From NCBI RefSeq assembly GCF_018350175.1, contig NC_058368.1:173230001-173294000 (forward strand): 64,000 nt of DNA, given 5' to 3'. A program made the translations under genes and the position numbers. Positions 51,126 through 62,900 of the stretch are shown here, in pieces. The notes below the pieces were generated by a model. The model was not told the origin of the DNA and made no database searches. It worked only from the letters and a program-made list of their open reading frames with translations. The DNA is from Felis catus. Taxonomy: Eukaryota. Position 1 is the first letter of the stretch, and the number at the start of each line of letters is the position of its first letter.

Positions 51126-51168
51126 ATGCAGAAATAAAGACCAAGTCTAAAGAAACAGGAGGCCTCAG
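51126..51168 (+). CDS. UIMC1: UIMC1 coding exon, 43 nt: DAEIKTKSKETGGL(R)
   Basis: tctcttattacag acceptor and CAG|gtgaat donor. Phase 1 in and phase 2 out exactly bridge the flanking exons. Confidence 0.88.
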
Positions 51169-51722
51169 GTGAATTGGGGTATACATTGAAATATGACTGT
51201 GAGCAGTTCTAAAAAAGTGTAGGCCTGGTCCTGGGTTCCATGGATAATGTGATATTCAAACCATTGAAGGTAGAAATCACCATGGAACTGTGTGACCTCT
51301 CTCTGTGATCCCTCCCCCAACCCCCAATATATCTTGGCTAAGAATTGGATGGCTAGTTCAATTTCATGGCATAAAAACAGGCAGAGCAAGAGCTATGACT
51401 TATTCTTCCCTCCCAACCGTAGTCTTCTGACTTAGATTTCAAGAAGTTTGGGAATTTGGTAAAAAAAAAAAAAAATTAAAAAAAAAAAAGGGAAATTGGG
51501 TCTGAATTCTCATTCTCTCACTATCTGTGTGGCTTTGGGTTTATAATTTACCCAGTGTCCTCATCTGCAAAAAGGGAATGATAGTACTTATCTGGTTGCA
51601 TTATTACAAAGATTATATGAACTGATAATGTATGTAAAAGCCCCTGGTACAATGCATGATACATACTTAGTGCTTATTAGTAGGTATATATTGAATTCTG
51701 AATTTTTTCCCCTTCTCTCTAG

Positions 51723-51933
51723 GGTGCCCTCGCTAGGGATGGAAGAGGCAGGCTGCAGCAGAGAGATGCAGAGTTCCCCTGCACATCTTGACTTAAACGA
51801 ATCTCCCATCAAGTCTTTTGTTTCCATTTCAGAAGCCACAGATTGCTTAGTGGACTTTAAAAAGCAACTTACTGTCCGGCCAGGTAGCCGGACACGGGCC
51901 AAAGCAGGCAAAGGAAGAAGGAGAAAACTCTGA
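51723..51933 (+). CDS. UIMC1: UIMC1 terminal coding exon: RVPSLGMEEAGCSREMQSSPAHLDLNESPIKSFVSISEATDCLVDFKKQLTVRPGSRTRAKAGKGRRRKL*
   Basis: ccttctctctag acceptor; TGA at 51931-51933. Matches the recalled RAP80 C-terminus (ESPVKSFVSISEATDCLVDFKKQ) with a basic NLS-like tail. Confidence 0.96.
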
Positions 51934-52225
51934 ATTTCTAGGGTCCAGAGTTCACAAAACCATTAACGATAGGGGTGGGCCATGGTCATTAAGCCTTAGT
52001 GGCCCCTATTTCATTGTTGAGCAAGTTTTGGCCCTACAGGTTTCGCCACCAGCACCCACTCAGCATTCTCGTTTTGATGTTTTCTATAAGCTATACAGAC
52101 ATTGTGTATAGTATTCTGTTTTATAACAATCTGGATTCACTTATAGTTAAAAGAAAATTTAAATATATTTATCTATGTTTGTATGAAATATTATTTCAAT
52201 AAGATGGAGATTTTACTTTTTTTTC
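51934..52225 (+). other. UIMC1: UIMC1 3' UTR (3' end approximate)
   Basis: Follows the stop codon and becomes AU-rich. Ends in the variant hexamer AATAAG followed by a U/GU-rich tract. Confidence 0.6.
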
Positions 52226-52250
52226 TCTGTGTTACTGGATTTGGGTTGGG
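52198..52250 (+). terminator. Probable UIMC1 polyadenylation region (variant signal AATAAG plus downstream U/GU-rich element)
   Basis: AATAAG at 52198-52203, then ttttacttttttttctctgtgtt. TGTA motifs lie upstream. The next canonical AATAAA I found is at 52879-52884. Confidence 0.45.
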
Positions 52251-54479
52251 AATATTTAAATGTGGAGCTAGTTCTGAGACTCCTAAATTACATGTTTCCA
52301 AATTAATTCCATTACTGGTCTTTGACATACTGCCGATATTCACTGAATGTGTAGTGTGCAATTCTAAGCATTGTGTGGTTACTTCCTTGACCTTTTCTGA
52401 CATCATTGTGGAAGGTGCCAAGGCATCAGATCCTACCTCTTATTTTGCTGTCCCTACCATTCGGTGACCTACCACTTCATCTTGCTGCCTCACCTAGTTA
52501 AGAATTCTCAGCCAGAGCATAGGACCTTTGAGGAATTGAATGCTCTGTTAGTAGCTCCTATGCAAAATTATTTTTCTTCCTAGATTAACCAGTGGGGATG
52601 CCAGGGATATCTGTTAAAACAGATTGGTTCTCTTGCTGTCAAAGGTCATAGCAGCAATAGGAAATAACTTATATTTCAGTGTATTAGTAGAGGAGTGCGC
52701 ATTTTTTACCACATTGCCCAGGAGCTTTCAGTGCAGAACAGAGATGTGGTCTGTCTTCAGTGTACTTGCAGACTCCAAAGATAAGAGGATGTCGAATGGC
52801 AGAAGCAACTACCTGTGGGAGATGACCAAACAAGGATGTTAAGAAAGCTAGCTTTGGCCCAACCTGATTTGGAGATGTAATAAAAGACTGTGGGAGGTGG
52901 CTGCTGTCCAGGAATGGGCCCTGGGACAGGGTAAATAGGGACACCACTCAGACTCTCCTCACTTCTGATTTATCAAGTTCAAAGTTACCTTTTCCTTGGT
53001 TTTAAAAAAGATGAAAATGAAGGGTGTGTTAGACTGGAGATTCAGAGATAGCTAGGATGGAAGGCACAGCAAAGGCCTTTAAGGCATTGTTTCCTGCCTG
53101 AGCCTTTGCACACAAGCTCTTTGAGTTAAAAGAAGGCAGCATGGTATGCACACTATTTATTCCATGTTTTGGTGTTGGGTGGCATGGACATTGTGGCCAG
53201 CATCACATAAGGTAATAGGTGTTGTTTTTTGAGGAACTATTGTGGCTTAGGCAATGTATGTACTTTCATTTAATCCTCACAGCAACTCTATGAGGTAGGT
53301 ATTACCCTTCCTAATTTTCAGATAAGGAAACAAAGGCTCAGAGAAATAAATAAAGCCACTTTTTGTCCTTGGCAGTGAGACCACAGTGCCCCTCATCTTC
53401 AGTCCTAAAGAAAATGCTGTATTTTTACTCTAGTATTGATTATTTTCTTGTTTTCCTTCTAACAAAAAGTAGTTTATTATGTCCCATCAACTTAATCCTC
53501 ACTAGTCTCATTTACTGGCAATTTATTGGAGGGTAGAGCATTATAAGTGGGATAATATGTTTCTCTCTCTTCCTGAAGAGAAGAGAAAAGGCTGATTCTA
53601 GAAAGTGAATTTTTTAGCTTAAAATTGAGCAGTTTCCCCAGAACATGGGTCAGTGGCAAATTGTTGGAGGCGAGTATGGGTCAGTAGGACCAGGACCAAT
53701 AGGCTTACTTGCTAGTCAGGGGAAAACAGCCATCTCCCCAGTGCCCTTCATGACCTTACTCCTTACCCCCTCCCTACACTCTACCATCCCTATCTTTGGT
53801 AAAGTCTGCTCATTTCTTTTATTCCCCCTGTGCCCATGGTCCCATGAGAGAGGCGTTAGTGAGACAATGAAGAGACAAAAAGTCAGTGGAAAGAGTATCA
53901 CATCAGTCTGAGTCTGAACCCCTTTCTCTGATATGTGTTAATCCCTCTGAGACCCAGTTTCCTTGTCCATGAAATGGGGAAATCATACTTAACAGTGTTC
54001 TAAGGAGTAAGATAATGTATATAAAGGCACAGTATCTGTCGCATAGAAGATGAGAAGTAAATGGCAGCAGTTATTAATTAATGTGATGCTGGTTTTGTAT
54101 GTCATAAGTAGTGTTAGGGTGAGAAGTAAAAGAAGCTAGAGGTGGGGTGCAGATGCGAAAGGAGTCAGTTATTTGAGGAGTGAGCCCTTGACTGTCTTAG
54201 CTTCAACAACCACCAGCCTTCCACAACAGGCTTGGGTCCCTGGGCATTTAGAGCTCACCCAGGACCCATGGGTTTTTCTTTTCTTTTTTTTTTTTTCTTC
54301 TCCTGAAAGGTGGGAAGCAGATGTTCTGCTGATGTTGCCAATTCTTGGAGAGCTGGAAAGCTCCATGAACTTCGTAAGCTATTACCATAAATTGGGAAAG
54401 AGAACTACTCCATGTTAGGCATTGTGGTTGTGTAATTTCATTTCATCCCTTACAACAGCCTTTCATCCTCTAGCAGAGG

Positions 54480-55048
54480 CTGTGCCTTGCCCATTTCCTC
54501 TGGGCACTCAACATTCTATTACATACCCACAGTAACCTATTGCAAGAATTTGCAACTCTCTGCATTAGCACTTCTCTAGCTTTGTATTGGCACAGGCTGG
54601 GATGCCAGGACTTAGGCCCCTGATGCAGTCCTCAACCAGTGAAAGGTGGAAGCTGGGGGATAAATACTTGAGCTTCCTTACCTGTTAGGTGGGTGCATTC
54701 TCCACCAGAGTTCTCACAGAGTTCCTCTGTGGGACTGAGCCTCACTAGCTGCCAGCAGCAACTTAGTTATGTACATTCAATTGCTTTTCTTTTCCTTCCT
54801 ACCTCACTTCCAGTTCCCCTGCCAGCACTTCCTGGATCAGGGCTGGGACTAGAGTGAGGGGCCCTTGCTTTGGGTTCATGTAAGGACAGAGTTGGCACTT
54901 ACATGAAGGTAAGAGGGCCTCTTTACCTTTTGTAGCTAGGCACACCTCACATGGATCACCCTCATCCTAGCCCTGGCCTGGATCACTTCCCAGTTAAGAT
55001 ATTTGCACTCAAATTAGGTCTGCCTCTGGGGAAACCCAACCTGAGGCA
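54480..55048 (+). mobile_element. ERVL (LTR16/LTR33-like) solo LTR with a nested MITE
   Basis: 3' end cacttcccagttaagatatttgcactcaaattaggtctgcctctggggaaacccaacctgaggca. Confidence 0.6.
54838..54975. mobile_element. MER96-like hAT-Tip100 MITE
   Basis: TIRs cagggctgggactagagtga / tcaccctcatcctagccctg; 8-bp TSD (t/g)cctggat at 54830-54837 and 54976-54983. Confidence 0.75.
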
Positions 55049-55742
55049 AATCCTATGGAAAAATTAGTCTCCATGTTTTATGCATGGAAAATTTAGGCTC
55101 AGAGAAGTGAAGAGATTTGCCTAAAATCATACAGCTAAATGGGATGGGATTCTAACCCATCTGCCTGACACTAGAGCTAATGCTCTGTGTACTTCACCAC
55201 CTCCTACCTCCCACTTGAGTCCCAGAACTCAATGGAAGTTTTAAGTTTGGATGAGCTCATTCTCACCTGTGAGGCAGAGCAGCTTTGGCCCTAAGTTGAT
55301 TTAGAAATTGGACTGAGGAGAAGGCAGATACTAAGTGGAGGGTATACCAGTGGGAAGATAGAAGAATATATAAGCCCAGAGTGGAAAGGCTGCTGAAGCT
55401 ATACGCACCAGGAAAGCAGGAAGAGTTTATTTTGAAACTCTCAGTTTCAAAAGCCCTGTAGCTTTTTAATTTAAGTTGTAGCTCTTCAATTTAACACAAA
55501 TTAACTGATACCTATTACATGTCAGGTCTAGAACCTGGGCCATGGGATTCCAAAGATGAATAAGGAACATTTTCTTGGGAGTCCGTGGGGAAAGACAAAC
55601 ATTATTTTAATAGACTGTTGTCAATGCAATGATATAAGCCAATCCAAGACCCTGAGATCAATAGACCACACTCAGCTGGGGTCAGGGCCAAGAGGAGCTT
55701 CTCAGGAAAGGCTCCACAGCATTGGTGATGACTCAAATATAA

Positions 55743-55882
55743 TTTTTTTTAATGTTTATTTACTTAGAGCAGGGGAGCTGCAGAGGGGGAGAGAAAGAGA
55801 ATTCCAAGCATGATCCATGACTCGGATCATGACCTGAGCCAAAATTAAGAGACGCTTAACTGACTGAGCTACCCAGGCACCC
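55743..55882 (-). mobile_element. CAN-SINE, degenerate, within an L2 remnant
   Basis: Antisense SINE consensus. Confidence 0.8.
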
Positions 55883-56899
55883 GTGAAGTATAAAGGATAG
55901 GAAAAATTTGGTGACAAGGCTAGAGAGAGCAAAGGGGGAGATTATTCCAGATAGACCAGCATGAACAAAGACTTAACAGCAAGAAGCAGCTTGATGGGTG
56001 TAGGAAGTCTGCAAGGCACACCTGGAGTAAAGGGTGTGGAAGGAATGGTGGGGAACTTACTGAGCCTGTGTGCCTGGCTGCTGGGCACTGTCAGCTGTGA
56101 GAAGCAAGACTATGAACAGCTCCGAGTAGGGAGAGCCTAGCTCCTAGCCCAGCCCTGGCTGCAGCCCACCTTTCAATGACCTGACCACCAATTCCCATCC
56201 CTCGGTTCCTCCTGGACAGCTGGAGATTGGTACTAAGGGTGCTATGAGAGAGTCTTGTCAGGATTTGTCCTTCTTGTTGGTCAGTGGTCATCTGGCATCC
56301 AAAGAGAACTGCTGGCTACTACTATGCCTCTGCTATAGCCAGGACTGTCACAGCTGCTCACAGACCTCAAGCTCAAGCAACCTCCACCCTCTATAGGCCC
56401 TGACACAGAACTTCCCCGACACTCTGCCTAGGGTATTGGGGAAATAGACACAGGACTTCCGGAAACATGGATGAAGAGTTTTGGCATTACTTGTTAGGAA
56501 CATATCCTCACCCTGGCCCAGAAGACTGGACTCTGGCTGTCAGCATGAATCACATTCAGTTCCATATTCTCTTCCAACTAAACTAAGCTGAGAGAGACTA
56601 GAGCCCTAGGCTAGGCAGGATGTTATGCTGTGGGTGATGGCCACTCTGTCCTCCTGACTCCACCCCCAGTTTCCCTGCTTTTCAGAGCCCATGTGTCTGA
56701 TTGGCACTAATCTAGCCAAAACTAATACAAGAGCCATCATCCCTGGTCTCCACCCTGGTGTCACATGGAGGCCATGTTCTATCTGTAGATAATGGTAGGG
56801 TTACTGCTGTTGAGGTAGACCAGAGTTTTAAAATTTCTGCTTACCAATTTCTCAGAAATGAAAATTGGTGCAGTATGTCTGGTCTCCTGTCTTGGTGGG

Positions 56900-57228
56900 T
56901 GTCTTAGCCTGTTCAGACTTCTATAACAAAATACCACAGATTGGTATATAAACAACAGAAATTTATTAGTCTGTATACTGAAGTCTCAGATCAAGCATGG
57001 TTGAGTGAGGGCCCTTTTCCAGGTTGCAGACTGCCAACTTCTCATATCCTCTCATGACAGAAGGGGCAAAGATGCTCTCTAGGGCCTCTTTTATGAGGGC
57101 AATGATCCCATTCATTAGGGCTCTGCCCTTATGACTAATCTTCCAAAGGCCCCATTTCATATCTTCACCTTGGGCATTAGGTTTGCAACATAAGAATTTG
57201 GAGGGATACAGATATTCAGACCATAGGA
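56900..57228. mobile_element. MLT1A-like solo LTR
   Basis: tgtcttagcctgttcagacttctataacaaaataccacaga...gatacagatattcagaccata. Confidence 0.85.
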
Positions 57229-57679
57229 GTGGTCATAGTGATACCCCAAGGTTCTATGTATTCAAGAAGACCAATTTGGGCAAAAACAGCTTTGTGGCCA
57301 ACAGCTGTACTGCAGCCTGAGATTCCCATTTCCTTTCTGGTAGAGAAGACCCAAGGTATGAACCTACTTTCTCCCCACCCACCCCTTGGCCTACCAATTC
57401 AAGGATAGACTCTACAGTCTGGCTGCCACCTTTCCCATTATATATCCCCACCTACACATATCTTCTTTAGGTCTTTGGAGCTGCATCCCATTCCATGAAG
57501 GTGCCTTGTGCTCCATGATTTTGTACATGATCTTCTCTTTGTCAAGGATCACCCCTGCCAGCATACTGCTATTCTTCCTCCAAGGCTTAGCTTTCTCAAC
57601 TTGCCCTGCCCACTCTAGAACAGAGTTAGTCTCTTCCTCTTGTGTTCCCACATTGCCTCTTGCACATTAGTACTTCAAC

Positions 57680-57881
57680 ATTTTAATGTTGATTTATTTA
57701 TTTTGAGAGAGAGTGTGTGTGTGAGTTGGGGAGAGGCAGAGAGAGGGAAAGAAAGAATCCTATGCAGGCTCCATGCTGCCAGTGCAGAGCCCAATGGAGG
57801 GCTCGATCCCACGAGTCTGGAGATCACAACTGAGGCTGAAATCAAGAGTTGACACAACTGACTGAGCCACCCATCTGCCCC
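57680..57881 (-). mobile_element. CAN-SINE
   Basis: Antisense SINE; TSD agtact..acatttt. Confidence 0.9.
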
Positions 57882-58049
57882 AGTACTACATTTTGGAAAA
57901 TTGTCTATTGTACTGTACATTTCTCATGCTAGGCTCTTCCATCTTTCCAGGGGTAAGCCATCAACTCAAAACTCAGACTCTGAGTGTTTGTAAAGTGGAC
58001 GGAGCTCCCAGCATTACAGAGGGGATGTCCCAGGGTCCTTGACCTAGTT

Positions 58050-58235
58050 CAGGGCTCCAGTTTCCTGCTTCATCTTGCTTAAGTTTGCACCATAGCCCTG
58101 CCTGTGCTGGGCTTCTCTTAAGGCAGACTCAGAAGGAAGTGCACCTTCCTGAATTAACTGATGTTCAGTTAGTGGTGGCCAAGGAAGAGGGTGGGACATT
58201 ACAACTCAGGTGACTTGTGAGTTTCATTTCACAGT
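58050..58235 (+). promoter_or_regulatory. HK3: Putative TATA-less myeloid HK3 promoter with ETS/PU.1, C/EBP-like and IRF-like sites
   Basis: AGAAGGAAGT at 58131-58140, ATTACAAC at 58198-58205 and AGTTTCATTTC at 58220-58230, just upstream of a strong donor. HK3 is a known PU.1/CEBPA-regulated myeloid gene downstream of UIMC1 in mammals. Confidence 0.55.
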
Positions 58236-58304
58236 TCAGTGGGATGCCTCACATTGAGAGAGAAGAGCTGACGCCCGAGGAAAGTGACCAACTGCTTCTC
58301 CCAG
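58232..58304 (+). other. HK3: Probable HK3 exon 1 (start approximate)
   Basis: Strong CAG|gtaaga donor at 58304/58305 in a repeat-free block 3.8 kb upstream of the HK3 ATG exon. Position fits the recalled UIMC1-HK3 synteny. Confidence 0.6.
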
Positions 58305-59009
58305 GTAAGAGCCTCTTCTAATTCCTGCTTGCTTTAGCCTTAGTCCCTTGCCCTCATCTCTCCAGCTTGGCCCATGCTAGGGGAGTGGAGGCTGGAACGA
58401 CTAAGCCAGATGTCCTCAGTGGTCGCTCCCATCCTTGGCAGGGATCCGTGGATACTTTTCAGAAGGAAGTCTCACCTCATGTAGCTGATTCAGCTGAGTT
58501 AAGCTAAGAGGCCAACAGTTACTCAAACATGTGCAGACCCTGGCTGGGTTCTGGGAATCTAGGGATGTGGAAGAAATGTCCCTCCCCACTGGGCTCAGCT
58601 GGAAGAGACAAACAGGGATACATTTACTGGGAGTGTAAACACTGAGATTTATTGAGGGGAGTCTTCAGAGTCTTTGGCATGTAGAAATATGGAATAGATA
58701 TCAAACAGAAGAGTGAATGAGTAAGAGAGTGAATATATGATTGAATTAGCTGGGAGTGAGTGAATGAATGTTTGAGTTAGCTGAGCCTCAAAAGGGGAGT
58801 GAAAGCTCACCCCGTGTGTAACCCTTGGCCCTTTACTAAGATTATAATTGCCTTCGTTATCCCATTTTATTCTTGAAACAAACTTGTAACATACGTGGAG
58901 TTAACATTCCCATTTGACAGATTTTGGAAATTAGGTATATGTTACTTTGAGGAAATTTGTTAGAAACTCATTTCTTAGTTCTCCAAATAAGGACCCCACC
59001 CCCAACCCC

Positions 59010-60040
59010 CAAATTTTTCAAAGCTGTATTAGCACCTACCTATGCCAAATCTTGTGCTGGGATGAAGATGTAAATGACTCAGACACAGTACTTCCAGAGT
59101 CAAGGAATACCGTGAATGAGGGCTGGACAGCAGGAGACAGGGTGAAGCTTGTAGTAAGTGTGGCTGGACTATGAGTGGGAGTAGCAAGAGAGGAAGCTTG
59201 GGGCCTGCAATGCTGTGATAAAGAGTTTTAGACTTTTTTTTTTCCCTGCAGTGGGAACATCAAAATGTGAAGGTTTACCTCCTTAAGGGAGATAGGGCTG
59301 GGAAATGGCATTTTTGCATAGTTTGGTGATATGTTGGTAGTTGGTAGGGCAGGGAGATATACAAATTGGAACAGAAGTATCAGTTAGGAGGTTGTTGGAA
59401 TAATCAGATGGGAATAGGGTCTGGGGCAATGGCAGTGGGAACCAGGAGGAGGGGATACATGGGAGAACTCTTTCCATTTTTAGCTCTTTCAGTGTAAGAC
59501 CTGATTGCATAGAGGAAGTGAGGGTCAAGGATGTAGACAGGCACCTGAATAGCTGTGAGAGTGAGCAACCTTAATGCCTCCAGCCAATGTGGAGGACAGG
59601 AAAAGTTTCATAGGGAAAAGTGAAGGAGAAAATGAATGTGTCTTTGACTATTGAGTTTGAGGAGCCTCTCTATCATCTGGGCAGTAATGTCTAACAGACC
59701 ATTAGAATTTGGGATTTGGTTCAGGACAGGGGTAGATTTAGGAGCCCTTGCACATAGGCCTCAATCAAACCTTGCAGATGATACAAAGGGAGTGTGGGGA
59801 AGAGGGCTATGGCCAGAAACTAGGAGAGGGGGGTGTTGTTTAAGGGAAGAGGAGAGAAGAAGTTATGAAGACTATGAGACTCAGGAAGGAGGCCCGGGAA
59901 AGACTGGCTGTCAAAGCCAAGGGACAAGAGAATTTTACAGTGAAAAGAATGCTCATGGCTTTGCATGACTGAGAGAGGACAGTAAGGGTGGGGACTGAGG
60001 AAAAGGTTGGGATTGGGCAGTCAGGAGATCCTAGGTGATC
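59010..60040 (-). mobile_element. L2 LINE fragments in HK3 intron 1
   Basis: tattagcacctacctatgcca; gtgtggctgga; ttgagtttgagg; ggctgtcaaagccaagg. Confidence 0.6.
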
Positions 60041-60719
60041 AGTAGGAGGGCAAATTCATGGGCATCATGGGGGTGGAAGATGGGGAGGGGTTGCAGGGAT
60101 GGAAAAGTATCTTTCCTGAAGTTTTGCTGTTATAGGAAGAGAGGTAGAGTAATTCAGTGGATAGATGCCTTCTGCTCATCTTGGGGCCTCCACTGCATTT
60201 TCCCTTTTTCTTAACCCTGAAAGGCACCTGAATCACCAAAAGCTCCCTTGGGAACTTCTTGGAACACCAATACCACCTCTAGCTTGAATTAGCAAAGTAC
60301 CAAACATCTCTACAGTCCTTTACAGTGTGCAAAGGGCTTTCAGATTCATTAACTCCTTTAATCCTCACAAGAACTGAATTTTTGTCCTGTCATAGAAGAG
60401 GAGATTGAGGCTCATAGAGTTTCAATTCAGATTCATCTAAATAAATCTGAAGGCACACCCTGAGCAAGGTTCTTTTGCTCTCATTATTTCATTTGCGCCA
60501 CATAGCCCTTTGACATATATTGGTCCCCATTTGGCAGATGAAGAAAATTAGGCCTCCAGATTAGAGACCTGGTGCTGCTGCTTTGTGAAGAGCTGGGTCC
60601 TCGACTCTGAGCACAGGGCTGTTTCCATTCTGCATCACTATACTTCCAAAACCCACCCATGAGCTGATGTTTGTGTTACACATTAAATTTCCTGAAGGAA
60701 AAAAAAATCCCAAAACTAA

Positions 60720-60721
60720 CT

Positions 60722-60768
<47 letters not shown>

Positions 60769-60967
60769 TTTTAATGTGTACTTATTTTTGAGAGAGACAG
60801 AGCGTGACTGGGAGAGGGGCAGAGAGAGGGAGACACAGAATCCAGAGCAGACTCCAGGCTCCAAGCTGTCAGCACAGAGCCTAATGCAGGACTTGAACTC
60901 ACAAACCGTTAGATCATGACCTGAGCTAAAGTCAGATGCTTAACTGATTGAGCCACCCAGGCGCCCC
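60720..60967 (-). mobile_element. CAN-SINE with (TTTA)n tail
   Basis: Antisense SINE consensus. Confidence 0.92.
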
Positions 60968-61128
60968 TCAAAGCATTTTCTAAGTCTTACTCCATTTAAT
61001 TCTTACAAGAACCTTGTGAAGGTAGATGGTAGATATTTCCTCCCATTTTACAGATGAAAAAACTGAATTTCAAAGAAGTCAGAAATGACCTGCCCGAAGT
61101 TGTGCCACTAGTGGAACCCCTTTCTAAA

Positions 61129-61344
61129 TTTTTTTTTTTCAACGTTTATTTATTTTTTGGGACAGAGAGAGACAGAGCATGAACGGGGGAGGGGCAGAGA
61201 GAGAGGGAGACACAGAATCGGAAACAGGCTCCAGGCTCTGAGCCATCAGCCCAGAGCCCGACGCGGGGCTCGAACTCCCGGACCGCGAGATCGTGACCTG
61301 GCTGAAGTCGGATGCTTAACCGACTGCGCCACCCAGGTGCCCCG
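61129..61344 (-). mobile_element. Young SINEC_Fc
   Basis: CpG-rich; perfect 19-bp TSD AGTGGAACCCCTTTCTAAA (61110-61128 and 61345-61363). Confidence 0.96.
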
Positions 61345-61410
61345 AGTGGAACCCCTTTCTAAAGAGCGAACCCATCCCTGTTTAGATCTCCCTTCAAGAT
61401 GAAGTTTGCT

Positions 61411-61623
61411 GGGCACCTGGGTGGGTGGCTTAGTCGGTTAAGTGTCCAACTCTTGATTTGGGCTCAGGTCATGACCTCACGGTTTGTGAGACTGAGCTCC
61501 ACATTGGGCTCTGTGCTGACAGTGCAGAGCCTGCTTGGGATTCTCTCTCTCTCCCTCTCTCTGCCCCTCCTCCACTCACCCTCTCTTTCTCTTTCTTAAA
61601 ATAAACTTAAAAAAAAAAAAAAA
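61411..61623 (+). mobile_element. CAN-SINE
   Basis: Sense SINE; TSD aagatgaaRtYtgc. Confidence 0.92.
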
Positions 61624-62177
61624 GATGAAATCTGCATGCCTTAGCTAGGCATAAAGGCCATTCTTAGTCCAGCCTGCCTGCTTCTCCAGCAAGTCTTTGG
61701 CCCCTCCTTACCTCACACCCTTTGTTCCAAACCTCTGAAACATCCCTGAAATCCCAAGCACAGTAGCAGGTCCATGTCTGTTACTGCCCATGTCAACTGT
61801 ATTATGATTGTTGGTAAGGCTCTGAAATCCCTGAGGCCAAAGTCTACATCTCCTTTGTACCCCAACATTGGCACAGTAGCCATCAGGAATTGTAAATGTA
61901 AATAAATAACAGAATGAATAAATGGCATTGGGATTAGAAATCAGTCTTCCTAATGCTCTGTTAATATACATGCTTCTGGAAAATGAAGGCCTTTTGGTTG
62001 ATTACCAAAGGATCCGTTGATGGTCAGAGGTTCTGAGCTCTGCACACAGCTTTCTTCCCAGACCCCTTAAGAAGGAAGAAAGTTAAGGTCCATGGCCTCT
62101 GAGGGTTTGCAGAGTGTGTGGTTCATGAGGGCTGTCCTTTTCCTTCTATAGGTGGCCGCCCCCCATTGTGGAAACAC

Positions 62178-62273
62178 ATGGAATCCATTGGGGCAGTAGG
62201 GTTGCAGCAAAGGGAAGGAGTTCCTAGCTGCTCCCAGAAGGGCTTACCTTGCCCCTCAGACAGCTCTGAGCTG
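62178..62273 (+). CDS. HK3: HK3 (hexokinase 3) first coding exon (exon begins 62152 with 26 nt leader): MESIGAVGLQQREGVPSCSQKGLPCPSDSSEL. Gene continues beyond the window
   Basis: ttttccttctatag acceptor and CTG|gtaagt donor; 32 codons. Similar to the recalled human HK3 N-terminus MDSIGSSGLRQGEETLSCSEEGLPGPSDSSEL. Confidence 0.88.
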
Positions 62274-62666
62274 GTAAGTGCGGCACTGGGTTTCTGTCTC
62301 ATGCCTATTCAAGGCTGTCAAGGGCAGGATCAGCTGAATATGCAGTGGGGCCATGGGCTCACAGCCATGCAGCCCTTTCTAGTTAACCAAGCCTTTCAGA
62401 TCTGATCTGGTAACTACCTCTTCTGTGGCTCCACACAACAGCAAGGTGGGGATTATCTTTTCATCTTACAGCTGAGGAAGAGGGGACTTAGAGAGGTGAA
62501 GTGATTTGAGTTTTAGTTGAGCTAAATAGGAGCTTCAGCTGAGGTGTTTCAGTTCCAAAGGCATTGCTTTTGCCACCTTGCTACATAGGCACTGTCCCTG
62601 CCCTGATGGGTTGGCATAGTCTAGAAAGGACCATCTTGGGGTTTTCTGGTAGAAAGTTGCATTCTT

Positions 62667-62900
62667 TTTTTTTTTTTTTTTTAATTTTTTTTTCAACGTT
62701 TATTTATTTTTGAGACAGAGAGAGACAGAGCATGAACGGGGGAGGGGCAGAGAGAGAGGGAGACACAGAATCGGAAACAGGCTCCAGGCTCTGAGCCATC
62801 AGCCCAGAGCCTGACGTGGGGCTCGAACTCCCGGACCGCCCGCGAGATCGTGACCTGGCTGAAGTCGGACGCTTAACCGACTGCGCCACCCAGGCGCCCC
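62667..62900 (-). mobile_element. Young SINEC_Fc
   Basis: CpG-rich; perfect 16-bp TSD AGAAAGTTGCATTCTT (62651-62666 and 62901-62916). Confidence 0.96.

Noticed and set aside
55430..55452. Perfect 10-bp inverted repeat TTTTGAAACT-CTC-AGTTTCAAAA
   Set aside because: A single short AT-rich hairpin is plausible by chance in 64 kb, and it has no supporting context.
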